Positions 1-12,989 of a DNA stretch of 64,000 nt are shown in pieces; the stretch's first letter is position 1, and each line of letters starts with the position of its first letter. The translations under genes were made by a program, and so were the position numbers. The notes beneath the pieces were generated by a model that was given only the letters and a program-made list of their open reading frames with translations, searched no databases and was not told the DNA's origin. This DNA comes from the human T2T-CHM13v2.0 reference genome, Homo sapiens, in the NCBI RefSeq assembly GCF_009914755.1, contig NC_060926.1. The stretch is one strand, 5' to 3'.

Positions 1-31
1 GTAACAGAATGAGACCTTGTCTCAAAAAAAT

Positions 32-87
32 GAAGGAAGGAGGGAAGGAAGGAAGGAAGGAAGGAAGGAAGGAAGGAAGGAAGGAAA
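32..87 (+). repeat. (GGAA)n microsatellite in an Alu tail
   Basis: 11 consecutive GGAA units at 43-86, following an Alu 3' end at 1-30. Confidence 0.95.
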
Positions 88-99
88 TGCCTCATTAAG

Positions 100-403
100 A
101 GATGGCCAAAAAAGCATCTTAAAACAAGGGTAAAGTTTCTTACACAGATTTAAGTCAATACTTTCTCCATTGATTGAGTCTCTAGTGATTTAGTTTAGTC
201 ATATTTTTCCTGATACAGAGAGGGAGATACCCTTACCAATGGAGATTTCCTTTATACATGCAAACTTCTCTTACAAAAGGGTAACTTTTCAGAACTTCTC
301 TTGTGTCTAGCTTATCAAAATAACCAGTCCATATAATCTTATGCCCAAAGTACATATTCTTATCTCCTGCAATCATATTTTGGGATGGCATGTCCTGAAC
401 CCC
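100..403 (-). mobile_element. ERV1 (MER4-group) LTR fragment
   Basis: Motifs ccttaccaatggagatttcc, aaaataaccag and catattttgggatggcat resemble reversed MER4-group LTR ends; subfamily not resolved. Confidence 0.4.
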
Positions 404-490
404 ATATTGCTATGTCTTTATATGGCAAAGGGAAAGCAAATACCAGTCTCTTCCTAATCTTATAGGGACACTAAGCCAATCATAAGGGCC

Positions 491-812
491 TGCTCTGGAC
501 TGAATGTTTGTGTCCCTCCAAAATTCATATGTTGAAACCCCAATTCCTAGTGCGATGGTATTTGGAGGTGGAAGAAGTAATTAGGTTATCAAGGTGCAGC
601 CCTCATGGATGGGATTAATGCCCTTAGAAGAAGAAACACAAGAGAGATGGTCTCTATTTCTATCATGTGAGGATACTATAAGAAGAGAATCATTTGCACC
701 AGACGGCAAATATGCCAGCACCTTTATCTTGGACTTTACAACCTCTAGAACGGTTGGTTGTTTAAGCCACTCAGTCTATGTTAATTTGTTTTAGCAGTCC
801 TAGTAATTAAGA
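491..812 (+). mobile_element. MLT1A-type MaLR LTR nested in an oppositely oriented MLT1 LTR (~410-490 and ~815-940)
   Basis: Starts tgctctggactgaatgtttgtgtccctccaaaattcatatgttgaaacc. The host continues ...cataagggcc | accctcatg...ggggacacagacattcagt. Confidence 0.7.
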
Positions 813-944
813 AAGGACTACCCTCATGTCCTCCTCTAAACCTTGTTACCTCCTAAAGGACCCATCTCCAAATACCGTCACATAGGGGGCTAAGGCTTCA
901 ATATGTGGATTTTGGGGGGACACAGACATTCAGTATATGACAAA

Positions 945-2280
945 CAGTCATTCCCCATTCTCCCTTACTCCAGCAACCACCATTTGCTTTTTTGTATCTA
1001 TGGATTTTCCTACTGGGGATATTTAATAAAAAAGGAATCATACAGTATGCGGCCTTTTGTGACTGTCTTCTTTCACTTAACGTAATGTTTTTAAGGGTTA
1101 TCCGTGTTTTAGCATGTATCTGCAGTTCATTCTTTTTTATTGCCAAATAATATTCCATTCCTTCACTTCATCCGTTCATCATCAGTCAATAGACATTTTG
1201 ATGTTTTTGGCTATTGTGAATAATGCAGTTATTAATATTCATGTACAAATTAATAAGTGTACATATATTTTAATTCTCTTGGGTATATATGTAAAAATGA
1301 AATTTCTGGGTCATATAATTCTATATTTAACTAGTTGAGGAAATGCCAATTTTTTTTCCTTAATGCCAAAATGGCTGCACCATTTTACATTCTTGCCATC
1401 ACTGTATTATGAAGATTCTAGTTTCTCTACATCCTCATCAATGGTTGTTAGTCTCCTTTTTAAAAAAAAAATAGCTATTCTAGTGCATATAAAGTGGTAT
1501 CTCATTGAGGTTTTGATTTGCATTTCCCCTGCTTTTTCTTTGTTTAAGTAGGGTCTTGCTCTGTTGCCCAGGCTGGTCTTGAACTACTGGCCTCGAGCAA
1601 TCATCCTGCCATGGCCTCCCAAAGTGCTGGGAGTACAGGCATGAGGCATTGTGCCCACTCTGCATTTCCCATTGGCTAATGGTGTTAAGTATGTTTGTAT
1701 GTGATTACTGGCCATTTGTATATCTCCTTTGGAGAAATGTCTATTCCAATCACTCGTGCATTTAAAAATAGGGTTATTTGTCATCTTGTTGTTGAAGAAT
1801 TCTCTCTATATTTTATTTTACTTTCACTTAAAAAATTTTTTTTTGAGACAGGGCCTCACTCTATCACCCAGGTTCAAGTACAGTGGCATGATCATAGTTC
1901 CCTGCAGCCTCAAAAGGATTGTCCCACCTCAGCTTCCTGAGTAGCCGGGAGTACAGGCACATGCCACCACATACGCAACTAATTTTTAATTTTTTTATAG
2001 ACATAGGGGCTTGCTATGTTGTCCAGGCTAGTCTGAAACTCCTGGCCTAAAGTGGTCCTTCTGACTTGGTCTCCCAAAATGCTGGGATTACAGGTGTGAG
2101 CCACTGTGCCTGGTTCTATATATTTTGGATACTAGACCCCTATTAGATATATGATTTGCGAATGTTTGTTCTCATTCTGTGGTTTGTCTTTTCACTTTCT
2201 TGAGATAGTGTCCTTCGGTGCCAAAAGCTTTTAATTTGATAAAGTCCAACCTATGTGTATTTTTTCTTTGGTTGCTTAGA
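945..2280 (-). mobile_element. Old L1M 3' region interrupted by a FLAM (~1533-1657) and an AluJ (~1836-2113)
   Basis: Reverse L1 3' motifs (aagtggtatctcattgaggttttgatttgcattt; ggagaaatgtctattc); the minus-strand ORF track gives MEYYLAIKKNE. Confidence 0.8.
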
Positions 2281-3016
2281 TGACTCGCTTTTGCTGCTTG
2301 TTGTACGTTGGGCCTTTCCTTTTTAAGTGACTTTTCTGAACGAATTCTGTAACGTCTGTATTCTTTGTCATGTGTGGTAACTGAAGTTTCTGTTCTATGA
2401 GCTTAGTGGTCACCTAATGATTGGACAGAGATTTTCTTAGACACCTGGAACTAAAAATTCTTCCATTTTTTTCTAAGGGCTCTGTGTGTGTTGAGGCATG
2501 CCTTCAAAACTCAGCCTAGCACAGCTTACAACTTTGCCTTGGGCTTCACTTTCTTTTTGTACAGAGTCTCAGGGTCAGCCAAAAGTAAGAGCCTTTTTAC
2601 GTCTTTCTTGAGTATGTGCACAGCTCTGGGCAAGCATGTAGCTTTCTAGATTCCCAGAAATATGTGGAAGTGTTTTAAAGCTTTTCATTCCCCATTCTTT
2701 CTCTTCAAGTTTTGAGGTCAGTCTATTGTTTGCCCAACTATTATTCATTGCCTTTGGCAATAATGATTAAAACTTTTGCCTATAATTGTTTTTGACAAAT
2801 GCCCCCCTGGTTAGCAGCTTTAGCTTTAACAGTAGGTAAGTATTGAGTCAAGTAAGATAAAGATAAGGCTTTCAAGCAGTCTTCCAGGAAGTCACCAGAT
2901 AGGTTACATAATGACAAATTTTTTGTGAATACAGTTAATCCACTTCCAGTGGTGCTGGGAATATAGGCTATTATTTCCAAGACTACTGCTGGGCCTGGGA
3001 GAAGGGCTTGCACTAG

Positions 3017-3357
<341 letters not shown>

Positions 3358-4044
3358 CTTACCTAGTTTTTTTTGAATAAGTTCTTATATTACTCAATCT
3401 CTGGCTAATTTCCAGAGTTCCAAAAAAGTTAATGTTGAAAGATTTTGACAGTTTATTTTTTGTTGCTTTCATAGGGGGCAAAACTCCTGAGTTTCTTACT
3501 CTGCCATTTTTCCTGATGTTCTATTTAATCTTGAATAATCATACTCACACTGGATTTTTGAGGATGTTCTGCAGTATTTCAAACACTTTCATATCCATCT
3601 TCTCATTTTATTCTTATAGTAAACTTTGTAGCTGAGAAGTAAACATCCCTTTTATGGAGGAGAAATGTAAGGTGTCCTGCAGGCAGTTACTCTGTCTTCT
3701 ATGTGCCCCAGCTTCTCTATCATATCATCCCATTAATTTAGATTAATTTTTTATAGCTAGACAATAAACTCCAAACAGAATAGATAATGTTATTGTCTCC
3801 TTGAGACCAAGCACATAGCATAGCTTTTATTCTAGAACAGAGTACATGTTTTGGAATTTAAAAATGAATAAAAAATAAAGTTTAATGTTTAAGACCTCTT
3901 TCCTGATGAAATAATTTGTGTCCTGCAGTGTTAGACCTGAAAGTGTCCTCAGGGGCTACATGGGGAGGAAATAGATTGCACAGGACTTAGCTTCCTATCT
4001 CAATGTTTCAACAGAACCATTCCCCCTTTAGTCATCTCTCTCCT

Positions 4045-4520
4045 AATGTTCATTTGACAAATATTAATGGAGCTCCTACTATGAGTCTGGCCTGATAAAA
4101 GAAGTTACAAAGAGAAATTAGGAAAGCAGAGACCTTGTCATGGAATTTACATTGATGAGAGAGAAAATAAAAATGAAAAAACATATAATTTCAAGTGGAA
4201 ATAAATGATAAAAAAATAAAGCAGAACAAGGTAGGAAGGCACTGGGGAACACAAAATGATTTTAGATAGGGTTATCAGAGGTGTCCTCTCTGAGGTGATA
4301 TTTAAGCAAAGATATGAATGAAATGAAGGTCAGGTCATCTGAAGATATGGGGGAAATGTTCCAAGCAGGGGAAGCAGCAGGTGGCAAGACCCTGAGTTGG
4401 GAGTGAGTTAGCATGATTCAGGAATGACAAGACCACAGTGGCAGAGGTGGGATGAACAAGGGCAGAGTGCCATAGGAGAGAGTGGTAGAGATCAACATGG
4501 TGGGGCCATGCCGTATTTTG
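4045..4520 (-). mobile_element. L2 LINE fragment
   Basis: ttcatttgacaaatattaatggagctcctactatgagtctggc followed by typical L2 purine-rich blocks. Confidence 0.6.
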
Positions 4521-4631
4521 CAAGTCAGTGCTGCTACGTTAGATTTGTCTTGAACAAATAGTATTTTGGCTAAAGTAAAAGTTTGAAAAGCACAAATTTT
4601 ATGTTAAAATTTATTATTATATATTTACTTG

Positions 4632-4800
4632 CTCCTTCCTTCCCTTTCTCCTTGTCTCCCTCCCTCTCACCTTTCCTTCCTTCCTCCCTCCCTTCCTCCC
4701 TCCTTCCCTCCCTCCCTTCCTTCCTTCTTTCCTTCCTTCCTTCTTTCCTTCCTTCCCTCCCTCCCTCCCTCCCTTCTGTTCTTTTCTTTCTTTTTATTTA
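4632..4800 (+). repeat. Polypyrimidine (CCTT/CCCT)n low-complexity tract
   Basis: Directly visible. Confidence 0.9.
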
Positions 4801-5389
4801 TCTTCCCTACCAACAGAGTCTAGATCATGTCTTCTTTACCTGTGATTAACACAGGACCTGGCACATAGAGGGTAATCAAATGATATTTTTCTGAATGAGT
4901 GAGAAAATTGAGACCCAGAGAGGCCAAGTAGCATTTTTAAGGCCACCCAGATAGTGACAGAACAAAATCCAGATTTGTGTTTAGCTCATCTTCTGTCACT
5001 TTACCACATCAGTTGCATGGAATTAAAAACAGATCCAAAGATTTTATAATTACTGTATGTGGTTTGTTTTCTGTTACTGACTCCAAGTATAATCTAGTCA
5101 CACAATCACACGGCTAAGACATTAGTGAAAGACGATTATTGTTTCATTGGGTTAAGGAGAAAGGTTTCCTGGTGACAGTTAGCATCAAAGATATACTGTG
5201 TTATAAAGAACCACAGGGTGTGATTGAGGTAGGATGGAGGAGGGACTGCTCTATTGGTACAGTGTCCTGTATCAGGGAGGGATAGTTTGGTTGCAGTCTT
5301 TCCTTAATTAGAGGAGGAGAGATAAGGGGAAAATATCATCAAGAAAATGAAAAGTTTTCAAAGTAGAAAATGCCACATTTTCTACTTTG

Positions 5390-6485
5390 CAGATGCAAAG
5401 GCCAGGAAGCAGACAGAGTCAGAAAACAAATTGTCTAGAATGACCCATAGTGCTCTGGAGTACTTTAATGTGATTGGCCAAGGCTTGAAGCATCTCTTCT
5501 GGCAGCAGCCCAAGAAGTCATCCATGTCTCCATGTGATGTGCAGAAAATTCAGGCAGATCCAGAACCTGAAATAGATCTGGAAAGCCAGAACACATGTGC
5601 TGAGACTGAGAGTAGCCCCACCTCCCACCCCACAGCTCTGAATCAGTTCCTGCAACAAATCCAAGTACCATTCAAGATGAAGACAAGACAAATTTTTATG
5701 GCAGGCAGGGCAAGCCAGAGGCCTCAAAGGAAAGTCTCAAAATCAGTAGGGTATACGGCCAGGATATGGCAGCTATCAAGCAGTCAAGCCAACCTAGGTT
5801 TTCTTCATCTGTGACTAATGCTCCTACCAGCTCAGCTGTGGTGGAAATAGCTTGTGCTGCTGCTACATGTCAATCAGGAGAGGAGGCAACTGCAGAATAG
5901 ATGGAGCATTTGGAAGTAAGCACTCTTGCTCAGATCTCTAGTGCAGTGTCCACCAACACTGATGGCAACATCCACCCAGGTCTCATCGATGGAACACTAG
6001 GTGCTCAGTGCACAAAAGCTGCTATTGCTGCCCTGCAAGAGGAGATCCTGAAGCTGACAGAATAGATTGACATTGTACCAACAGCCCAAAGGATGACGTT
6101 GACAAGTACCTAATGCTTGCCAATAGTGCAGGCAAGCAACAGGTGGTCCACATCAAACAGGTCTCTGAGAAGAACCTGAAATCTTCCCAAACCATCTTTC
6201 ATCTGCAAAAACAAGCTTGAGGACTACCACTGGAAGTTTCAGAAGGTGGAGCAGAATGGGTTCTGTGGCAACCAAAGGACATCTTCAGGAATATGCACCA
6301 GGGTCTAAAGCATATGGGAGCAAAGCTGATCGGCTTCAGTGAGAGTGTGGTTAATGGTGTCAAAGTAGGCTTTCTGGCTTCTCCTAGGCCACTCATTCAG
6401 TGATAGGGGCTGTGTCTCAAAGCCCAGGGAACTCACTTCATTGATTTGGAACAAATTTAGCAGTGCAGAAGACATCTCTAACCTG
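5390..6485 (+). pseudogene. Processed pseudogene (retrocopy fragment) of TMCC1, about parent aa 21-392, truncated at both ends
   Basis: Conceptual translation matches TMCC1 as I recall it: DAKARKQTESENKLSRMTHSALEYFNVIGQGLKHLF (TMCC1 DAEARKQTESEQKLSKMTHNALENINVIGQGLKHLF), QIQADPEPEIDLESQN-like, HPTALN, LEVSTLAQ, TKAAIAALQEEILKLTE, QPKDIFRNMHQGLK, LIWNKFSSAEDISNL (TMCC1 LIRNKFGSADNIPNL). Frameshift near 5685 and in-frame TAG at 5898-5900. No intron, no poly(A) tail and no TM-domain region. Confidence 0.9.
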
Positions 6486-7189
6486 GTGTCACAAAGAATC
6501 ATGCAGTTTTAGAGCTAGAAGGGACCTTAGAGATTATGCCAAAGCTGAATCTGAGAGAAGGTAAGCAAGTTTCACACCATCATACAGATAACGAGTAGAA
6601 ATGTGAACTGTGTACTCTAGCCTTCCATGTTGGGTCCTCTTCATTTAAGTGAATATAGAATGGTGGAATGTAAAATGAGATGTAAATGATCATCCACTGG
6701 CAAGCTGAATTGATAAAGCACAGGCTTTAAAATAAGGCCAAGTATTGATCCAATGGACAAAATCTGGGCCACTGCTAGTGCTTAATATGTCTCTGTGCAA
6801 ACTAGAAAAGGATGCCCCTTCTACTAGATGAACTCGGGCCACAGAAAGGCTATCTATCAGCATGGCATGAGGCACATGGGCTGAGCTTCAGTCCCCATTC
6901 ATCTTCCTGTCTGCATTTTGTATGGGCTGCACTCTGCACTGCCTTACCCAGCAGACTGGCAGAATGGGGGCAGTTTCAGGGAAGCCTTAGCAGACTGGAG
7001 GAGAGTGCAGAGTGGTTCATTAGCAAGGAGTTAACTAATTTTCCAACTTCTGTAGCTCCAGGAAAGATCAGTCTGTTCCCCAAATATCTCTCCCACTCAC
7101 CATCAGGCTACTACAATTCTACCATAGAAGGTCAATCCTAAGGCTTATAGCTTGATCAACGTAATAAATGAAAAACATCCTTTGTAAAA

Positions 7190-8214
7190 TATCGGGGGAA
7201 CCCGCCCCCAATATTTCAACTTAGGTTCTTTCTGTTTTCCATAAGTGTTGGCTGGCTGAGAAATAAAGAGAAAGAGTACAAAGAGAGGAATTTTACAGCT
7301 GGGCCTCCAGGGGTGACATCACGTATTGGTAGGACCATGTTGCCCACCTGAGCCTTAAATCCAGCAAGTTTTATTAAGGATTTCAAAAGAGGAGGGGGTG
7401 CAAGAACAGGGGGTAGGTCACAAGATCCCATGCTTCAAAGGGCAAAAAGGAGAACAAAGATCACATGCTTCTGAGGAAACAGGACAAAGGCAAATTCAGA
7501 ACTACTGATAAGGGTCTATGTTCAGCTGTGCACATATTGTCTTGATAAACATCTTAAACAACGGAAAACAGGGCTCGAGAGCAGAGAACTGGTCTGACCT
7601 CAAATTTGCCAGGGTGGGGTTTTTTCCCCACCCTAATAAGCCTGAGGGTACTGCAGGAGACCAGGGCATATTTCATTCCTTATCTCAAACGCATAAGACA
7701 GACACTCCCAGAGCGGCCGTTTATAGAACTCCCCCCAGGAATGCATTCCTTTCCCAGGGTCTTAATTATTAATATTCCTTGCTAGGAAAAGAATTTAGTG
7801 ATATCTTCCCTACTTGCACATCCGTTTATAGGCTCTCTGCAAGAAGAAAACCATGGCTTTATTCTGCTCAACCCTGCAGGCAGTCAGACCTTATGGTTGT
7901 CTTTCCTTGTTCCTTGAAAATTGCTGTTATTATATTTTTTTTCAAGATGCACTGATTTCATATTGTTCAAACACACATGTTTTACAATCAATTTGTACAG
8001 TTAACACAATAGTGATCCTGAGGTGAGGTACATTCTCAGCTTATGAAGATAACAGGATTAAGAGATTAAAGTAAAAACAGGCATAAGAAATTATAAAAGT
8101 ATTAATTTTGGGAACTGATAAATGTCCATATTAAAATGAAATCTTCACAATTTATGTTCCTCTGCCGTGGCTCCAGCTGGTCCCTCCATTCGGGGTCCCT
8201 ATCTTCCCACAACA
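7190..8214 (-). mobile_element. MER11 solo LTR (HERV-K HML-8 family), full length
   Basis: The reverse strand begins TGTTGTGGGAAGATAGGGACCCCGAATGGAGGGACC and ends ...TTCCCCCGATA. Perfect 6-bp TSD GTAAAA at 7184-7189 and 8215-8220, the TSD length typical of ERVK. Confidence 0.9.
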
Positions 8215-8453
8215 GTAAAACAACTGGTAATAACAAGTATTAGAGAAGACGAGTTGTGGAGTCACAGTTGATAATCTTTAAAAACTGGCAGCAAATCAAT
8301 ATTTACCAGTAGGTAAGAAATTGAGGTATATCCATACAATGGAACACTACATTGAGCAACTAAAAAGAAAGAGGTAAATCCATTATATATGCAATGGTAT
8401 AGACAGGATACACATTGATAAGTAAATAAAGCAAACTGCAGAAAATAATATAA

Positions 8454-8711
<258 letters not shown>

Positions 8712-8764
8712 CCTACTTTTTTGTTTAATAGAAGTATATAACATATGTATATACAATCTCCCTG

Positions 8765-8795
<31 letters not shown>

Positions 8796-9394
8796 AAATC
8801 CCCCAATTTGTTCACTTCACTGACGTACAAAATGAGATCACATTCCTTTTACCATTTGGTGTCAATGCCACTGAGCCTGTAAGTCAACCCATTATAAGAA
8901 CTACCTTCTTGTTTTCACAGTGTCCTCCCAGGAAAACGCCAAGATTCTCCAAGACACTTTCATATCCTAAGCCCTGTTCTGTTTGTTCTTGTGTAGTAAA
9001 TTGGCAAATTTGGCAGTACAGAAGACATCTCTAACCTGATGTCACAAAGAATCATGTCTGGCCCATACAAAGTATTCTAACTAACCATGTAAGCCACTAG
9101 AATGTTAAACTAATGCTCTGGCACTGAGGTGGGTATCTTGAGCATTTGTGACTTTACAGTTTATTATCTGTATTGGTTAAAATATATATGAACATATGCT
9201 AATATCACATTAATGAATTCTGTAAAAGGTTATTTTAAGACACTCTGTATTTAGAAAAATACCTATACCAAAACTGCTAATAGTGGAATTAGTAATAAAG
9301 GTGTGAGAAATTTTGTTTTTTATATTTCATATGGTTTGAAATTGTTTTTACAATACATATGACTTTTGTGACTACAGACAAAACTTGAAGACAT

Positions 9395-9802
9395 TGTGTG
9401 TGTGTGTGTGTGTGAAGCCATTCTTGCATTACTCTAAATAAATACCTGAGACTGGGTAATAAGAAAAGATGTTTAATTGGCTCACAGTTCTGCAGGCTCT
9501 ATAGGGAACAGAGTGGCGTGTGCTCCTAGGGGGGCCTCAGGAGCTTCCAATCATGGCAGAAGGCAAAGGGGGAGCACTCTGGCACATCACATGGCAAAAG
9601 CAGGAGTAAGAGGGAGTGGGGAGATGCCACACAACTTTAAAGCACCAAATCTCACAAGAACAGCACCAAGAGAATGGTGCTAAACCATTCGTGAGAAATT
9701 CACCCCTATGATTCAGTTTCCTCCCACTAGGTCCCATTTCCAACATGGGGGATTACAATTTGACATGAGATTTAGAGAGGACACCTATCCAAATTATATC
9801 AC
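9395..9802 (-). mobile_element. MST-type MaLR LTR with a (TG)n run at its left end
   Basis: aatacctgagactgggtaat...tttaattggctcacagttctgcaggct...atccaaattatatca. Confidence 0.8.
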
Positions 9803-10779
9803 ATTGAAAATATATACATCATGTACTATGCCGAGTTAAACATTACACGCACACACACACACACACACATCCTTGTTCATGAAGATAGTATTTGATGCTG
9901 TGACAAAGAGAAAGAGAAAGAGAGAAAGCAGGCACAGGTGAGCAGGAGCCCTGGACACACCTGAGCTTGGATAAGATGACAGCATCGACAAGGAAAAAGC
10001 TGATGAAAAGGCCAGGGAGTTGAGGGCAAGGTGCTTCCATACAAAGTGGTATTTTTGTCTTAGCAATTTCAACTCTTTATTCAAACCCTTCTTACTAAGT
10101 GGTGGCTTCCATTCTACTTTACATACTTTACAGAAAGTCTTAGTCCTTTTTGTCTCAATATTCCCAGTCCTCTCGTTTTCACAGTGCTCTGTAATTACTG
10201 GTTAATAAACATTGAAGGTGGTTTCATTAGGCCAACTGTATTGCTACAGCCTGGCTTTTGGCCAGTAATAAAAGGGGCTTTGGCATGTATTTCACTCCTT
10301 CCCAATATACACATGCATGCACACACACACATACACATGCACATGCAACTTGAAAATGATCTGAATGTAAGACAAGTTTTGAAATTTATTCAATACACCA
10401 CATGAAAGACTAATTACGCATTTTAAAGTAAAATCTCCTAGGTGTAATTTGAATTCATCCTTCTCCTGAGCATGTCTCTTTTCAAGTACAGGCGGTCAGC
10501 ACAGAACTCAGACACTTGACTTGACTTCAAATGATGTCACCTTCTTGGCCCGGTACCTCTGACTGTTTTCCTGGCAGCAGCTCAAACAAATGTCAGGCAG
10601 ATCTAAAATCAGAAAAGGGGAAAATGGTTGTGTGGAATCAACTGCATCAACCTAGATTTATTACAAAGCAACTCTAGGCAGAATGCAGTAAAGGCTGAAG
10701 AATCTGAAAAAGCTCAAGATACTTCCAAAGTTACAGTGTTTATTTGAATTCTTAATTCAATTCACTAATCCAGTTTCCA

Positions 10780-11745
10780 TGTTTACAGTTTATGTTCTTG
10801 GCTAACTTGATAGACAAAATGGTATCTCATTGTTTTTAGGTGGCATTTCTTTGATTACTGGTAAAGATAAGCATTTTAAAATACATTGTATTGTTATTTG
10901 TATTTATTTTGTGTTAATTGTCTATTTGTGTATTTTGCCCATTGTCTTTTGAGATATGAGTGTTTTCCTTATTAGAATGTAACATTACTTCATATATTAA
11001 GGATGTTGACCTTTTGTTTGCTATATCCATCATATTTTTTTTGGGTTTGACATTTATCTTTTAGTTTTGTTTATGATTTTGCTGACTTCCAAATGTTTGC
11101 ATTTTAATGCAGAAATATCTATCAATCTTCTCCTTTGGAATATAATCTATTGCTTTTTTTGTGCATAGTAAAGCCTTCACCACTCTGAAATCAGATAAAT
11201 GTTTATCAATATTTTCTTTCAGTTTTTGACTTTTTTTTCAATTGCTTATTTCCTTTCCTCCATAGTAAGACCCTTGGATTCCAACTATAGATAATAATAG
11301 GAAGTATCATAATTATTTATTTGCTTTATTCAAAAATACATATACAATACTCCTGAAATACAAATATTAATACTATCAATCCCCATATGATTATTGAAAA
11401 CAGTCTGAAATATTTTTGAATATGCCCTCTTCATTATCTCTCAGTTTTTAAATAGTTATTATCTATATTGACATAGTGTAAAGCTGTTACATACTCTACT
11501 TTCTCTCTCTCTCTTTTTCAATTTTTATTTTAGATTCAGGGGGTACATGGGCAGGTTTGTTACCTAGGTATTTTGTGTGATGCTGAGGTTTGGAGTATGA
11601 ATGATCTCATCACCCAGGTACTGAGCATAGTATCCAACAGTTAGTTTTTCAATCCTTGTCCCCCTCTCTCCCTTCCCCTGAGTAGTCCCCCGTGTCTATT
11701 GTTGCCATCTTTATAGCCATCAGTATCCAATGTTTAGCTCCCCAG
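10780..11745 (-). mobile_element. L1M fragments plus an L1PB/L1MA-type 3' end (~11520-11745)
   Basis: tggtatctcattg...catttctttgattac; tttagattcagggggtacatg...gtttagctccc. Confidence 0.65.
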
Positions 11746-12397
11746 CTTTTGACTTTTGGAATTTAACCCTTTAATCTTTCCACATTGCATTTTGGACTAT
11801 AGCATGAGAGAAAATCTAAATAAATAATTTTCCCTAAGAGTTGAGTCCTCTATTTATTATTAGTTACTTCATCCTTTTTTCATTTATGAGAGTTAAAGCA
11901 TTACACAAATAATATAAGTTCATTTTAAAAATCAGAAAATGCAGATAGTTGAAAGGACGAGAAAAACACTTGCATTTTCTTTCCACTCTGAGTGAATGTT
12001 AGCAGTTTGCTTTGTCCCTCCAGACCTTTTCTTCTATGGATACATTTCCCTCCAAATGGAATCATATTGCAATATGGTTTTGCAACCTGATGTTTTTCCA
12101 TCCCGTAATATATCGTGACTATCTTTCCATGCCAATCAATATACCTTTGCAGCACCGTGTCCTAATGAACGTTTCCTTGAGATCTACTATACTTTCAAAA
12201 AAGTACACATTTCATAAGTATACAGCAGGGTGAATTTTTACCAGCTGAATACCTCCTTGTCATGAGCTACCAGATCAAAAAACAGAATATTTTTAGCACC
12301 TGAAAAGCCTCCTGAATGGCTCTTTCTAGTCACCTTTCTCTCCCAAGAGTAGCCACTGTCCTCCTATACTGACATTTAATAGCATAGATCCCATTCT

Positions 12398-12528
12398 TTT
12401 AAAAACAATTTTGTAGAGATAGGCTCTCACTCTGTTGCCCAGGCTGGTCTTGAACTCCTGCTCAAGCGATCCTCCCACTTTGGCCTCCCAAGGTTCTGGG
12501 ATTACAGGCATGAGTCACCCGCCCAGCC
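12398..12528 (-). mobile_element. FLAM (Alu monomer)
   Basis: gtagagataggctctcactctgttgcccaggctggtcttgaactcc...cccagcc. Confidence 0.8.
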
Positions 12529-12591
12529 TCACAGCCCCATTTTTGATAGCTATGTGGTGTTCCATCACACATATATGTATCATAACATACT

Positions 12592-12989
12592 TGGCATAAG
12601 TTAAACTGTATTCCCCAAAAGACTATGTTGAAATCCTAACCCCTAGTACCTGTGAATGTAACCTTATTTAGAAATAGGGTATTTGCAGATGTAATTGGGT
12701 TAAGTTGAGGTCATTAGAGTGGGTCATAACTCAATATGACCCATGTCCTTGTAAGAGAAAGAGGCCATCTGAAGACAGGGGCGATGCAGCTGTACGCGGA
12801 GGAAGGCCACAGGTGGATGGCACCCCCAGGAGCTAGGAAGAGACAAAGAAGGGTTCTGCCCAGAGCTCAGAGGAAGCATGCCTTTGTTGATACCTTGATT
12901 TTGAACTTCAGCCTCTAGAAATATGCGAGAATACATTTCTGTTGTGTTAAGTCACTCCATTGTTATGGCAGCTCTAGGAAACTAATACA
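12592..12989 (+). mobile_element. MLT1C-like MaLR LTR
   Basis: tgttgaaatcctaacccctagtacctgtgaatgtaaccttatttagaaataggg...ggcagctctaggaaactaataca. Confidence 0.8.

Noticed and set aside
4583-4849. Ser/Pro/Leu/Phe-rich ORFs
   Set aside because: Translation of a CCTT low-complexity tract.
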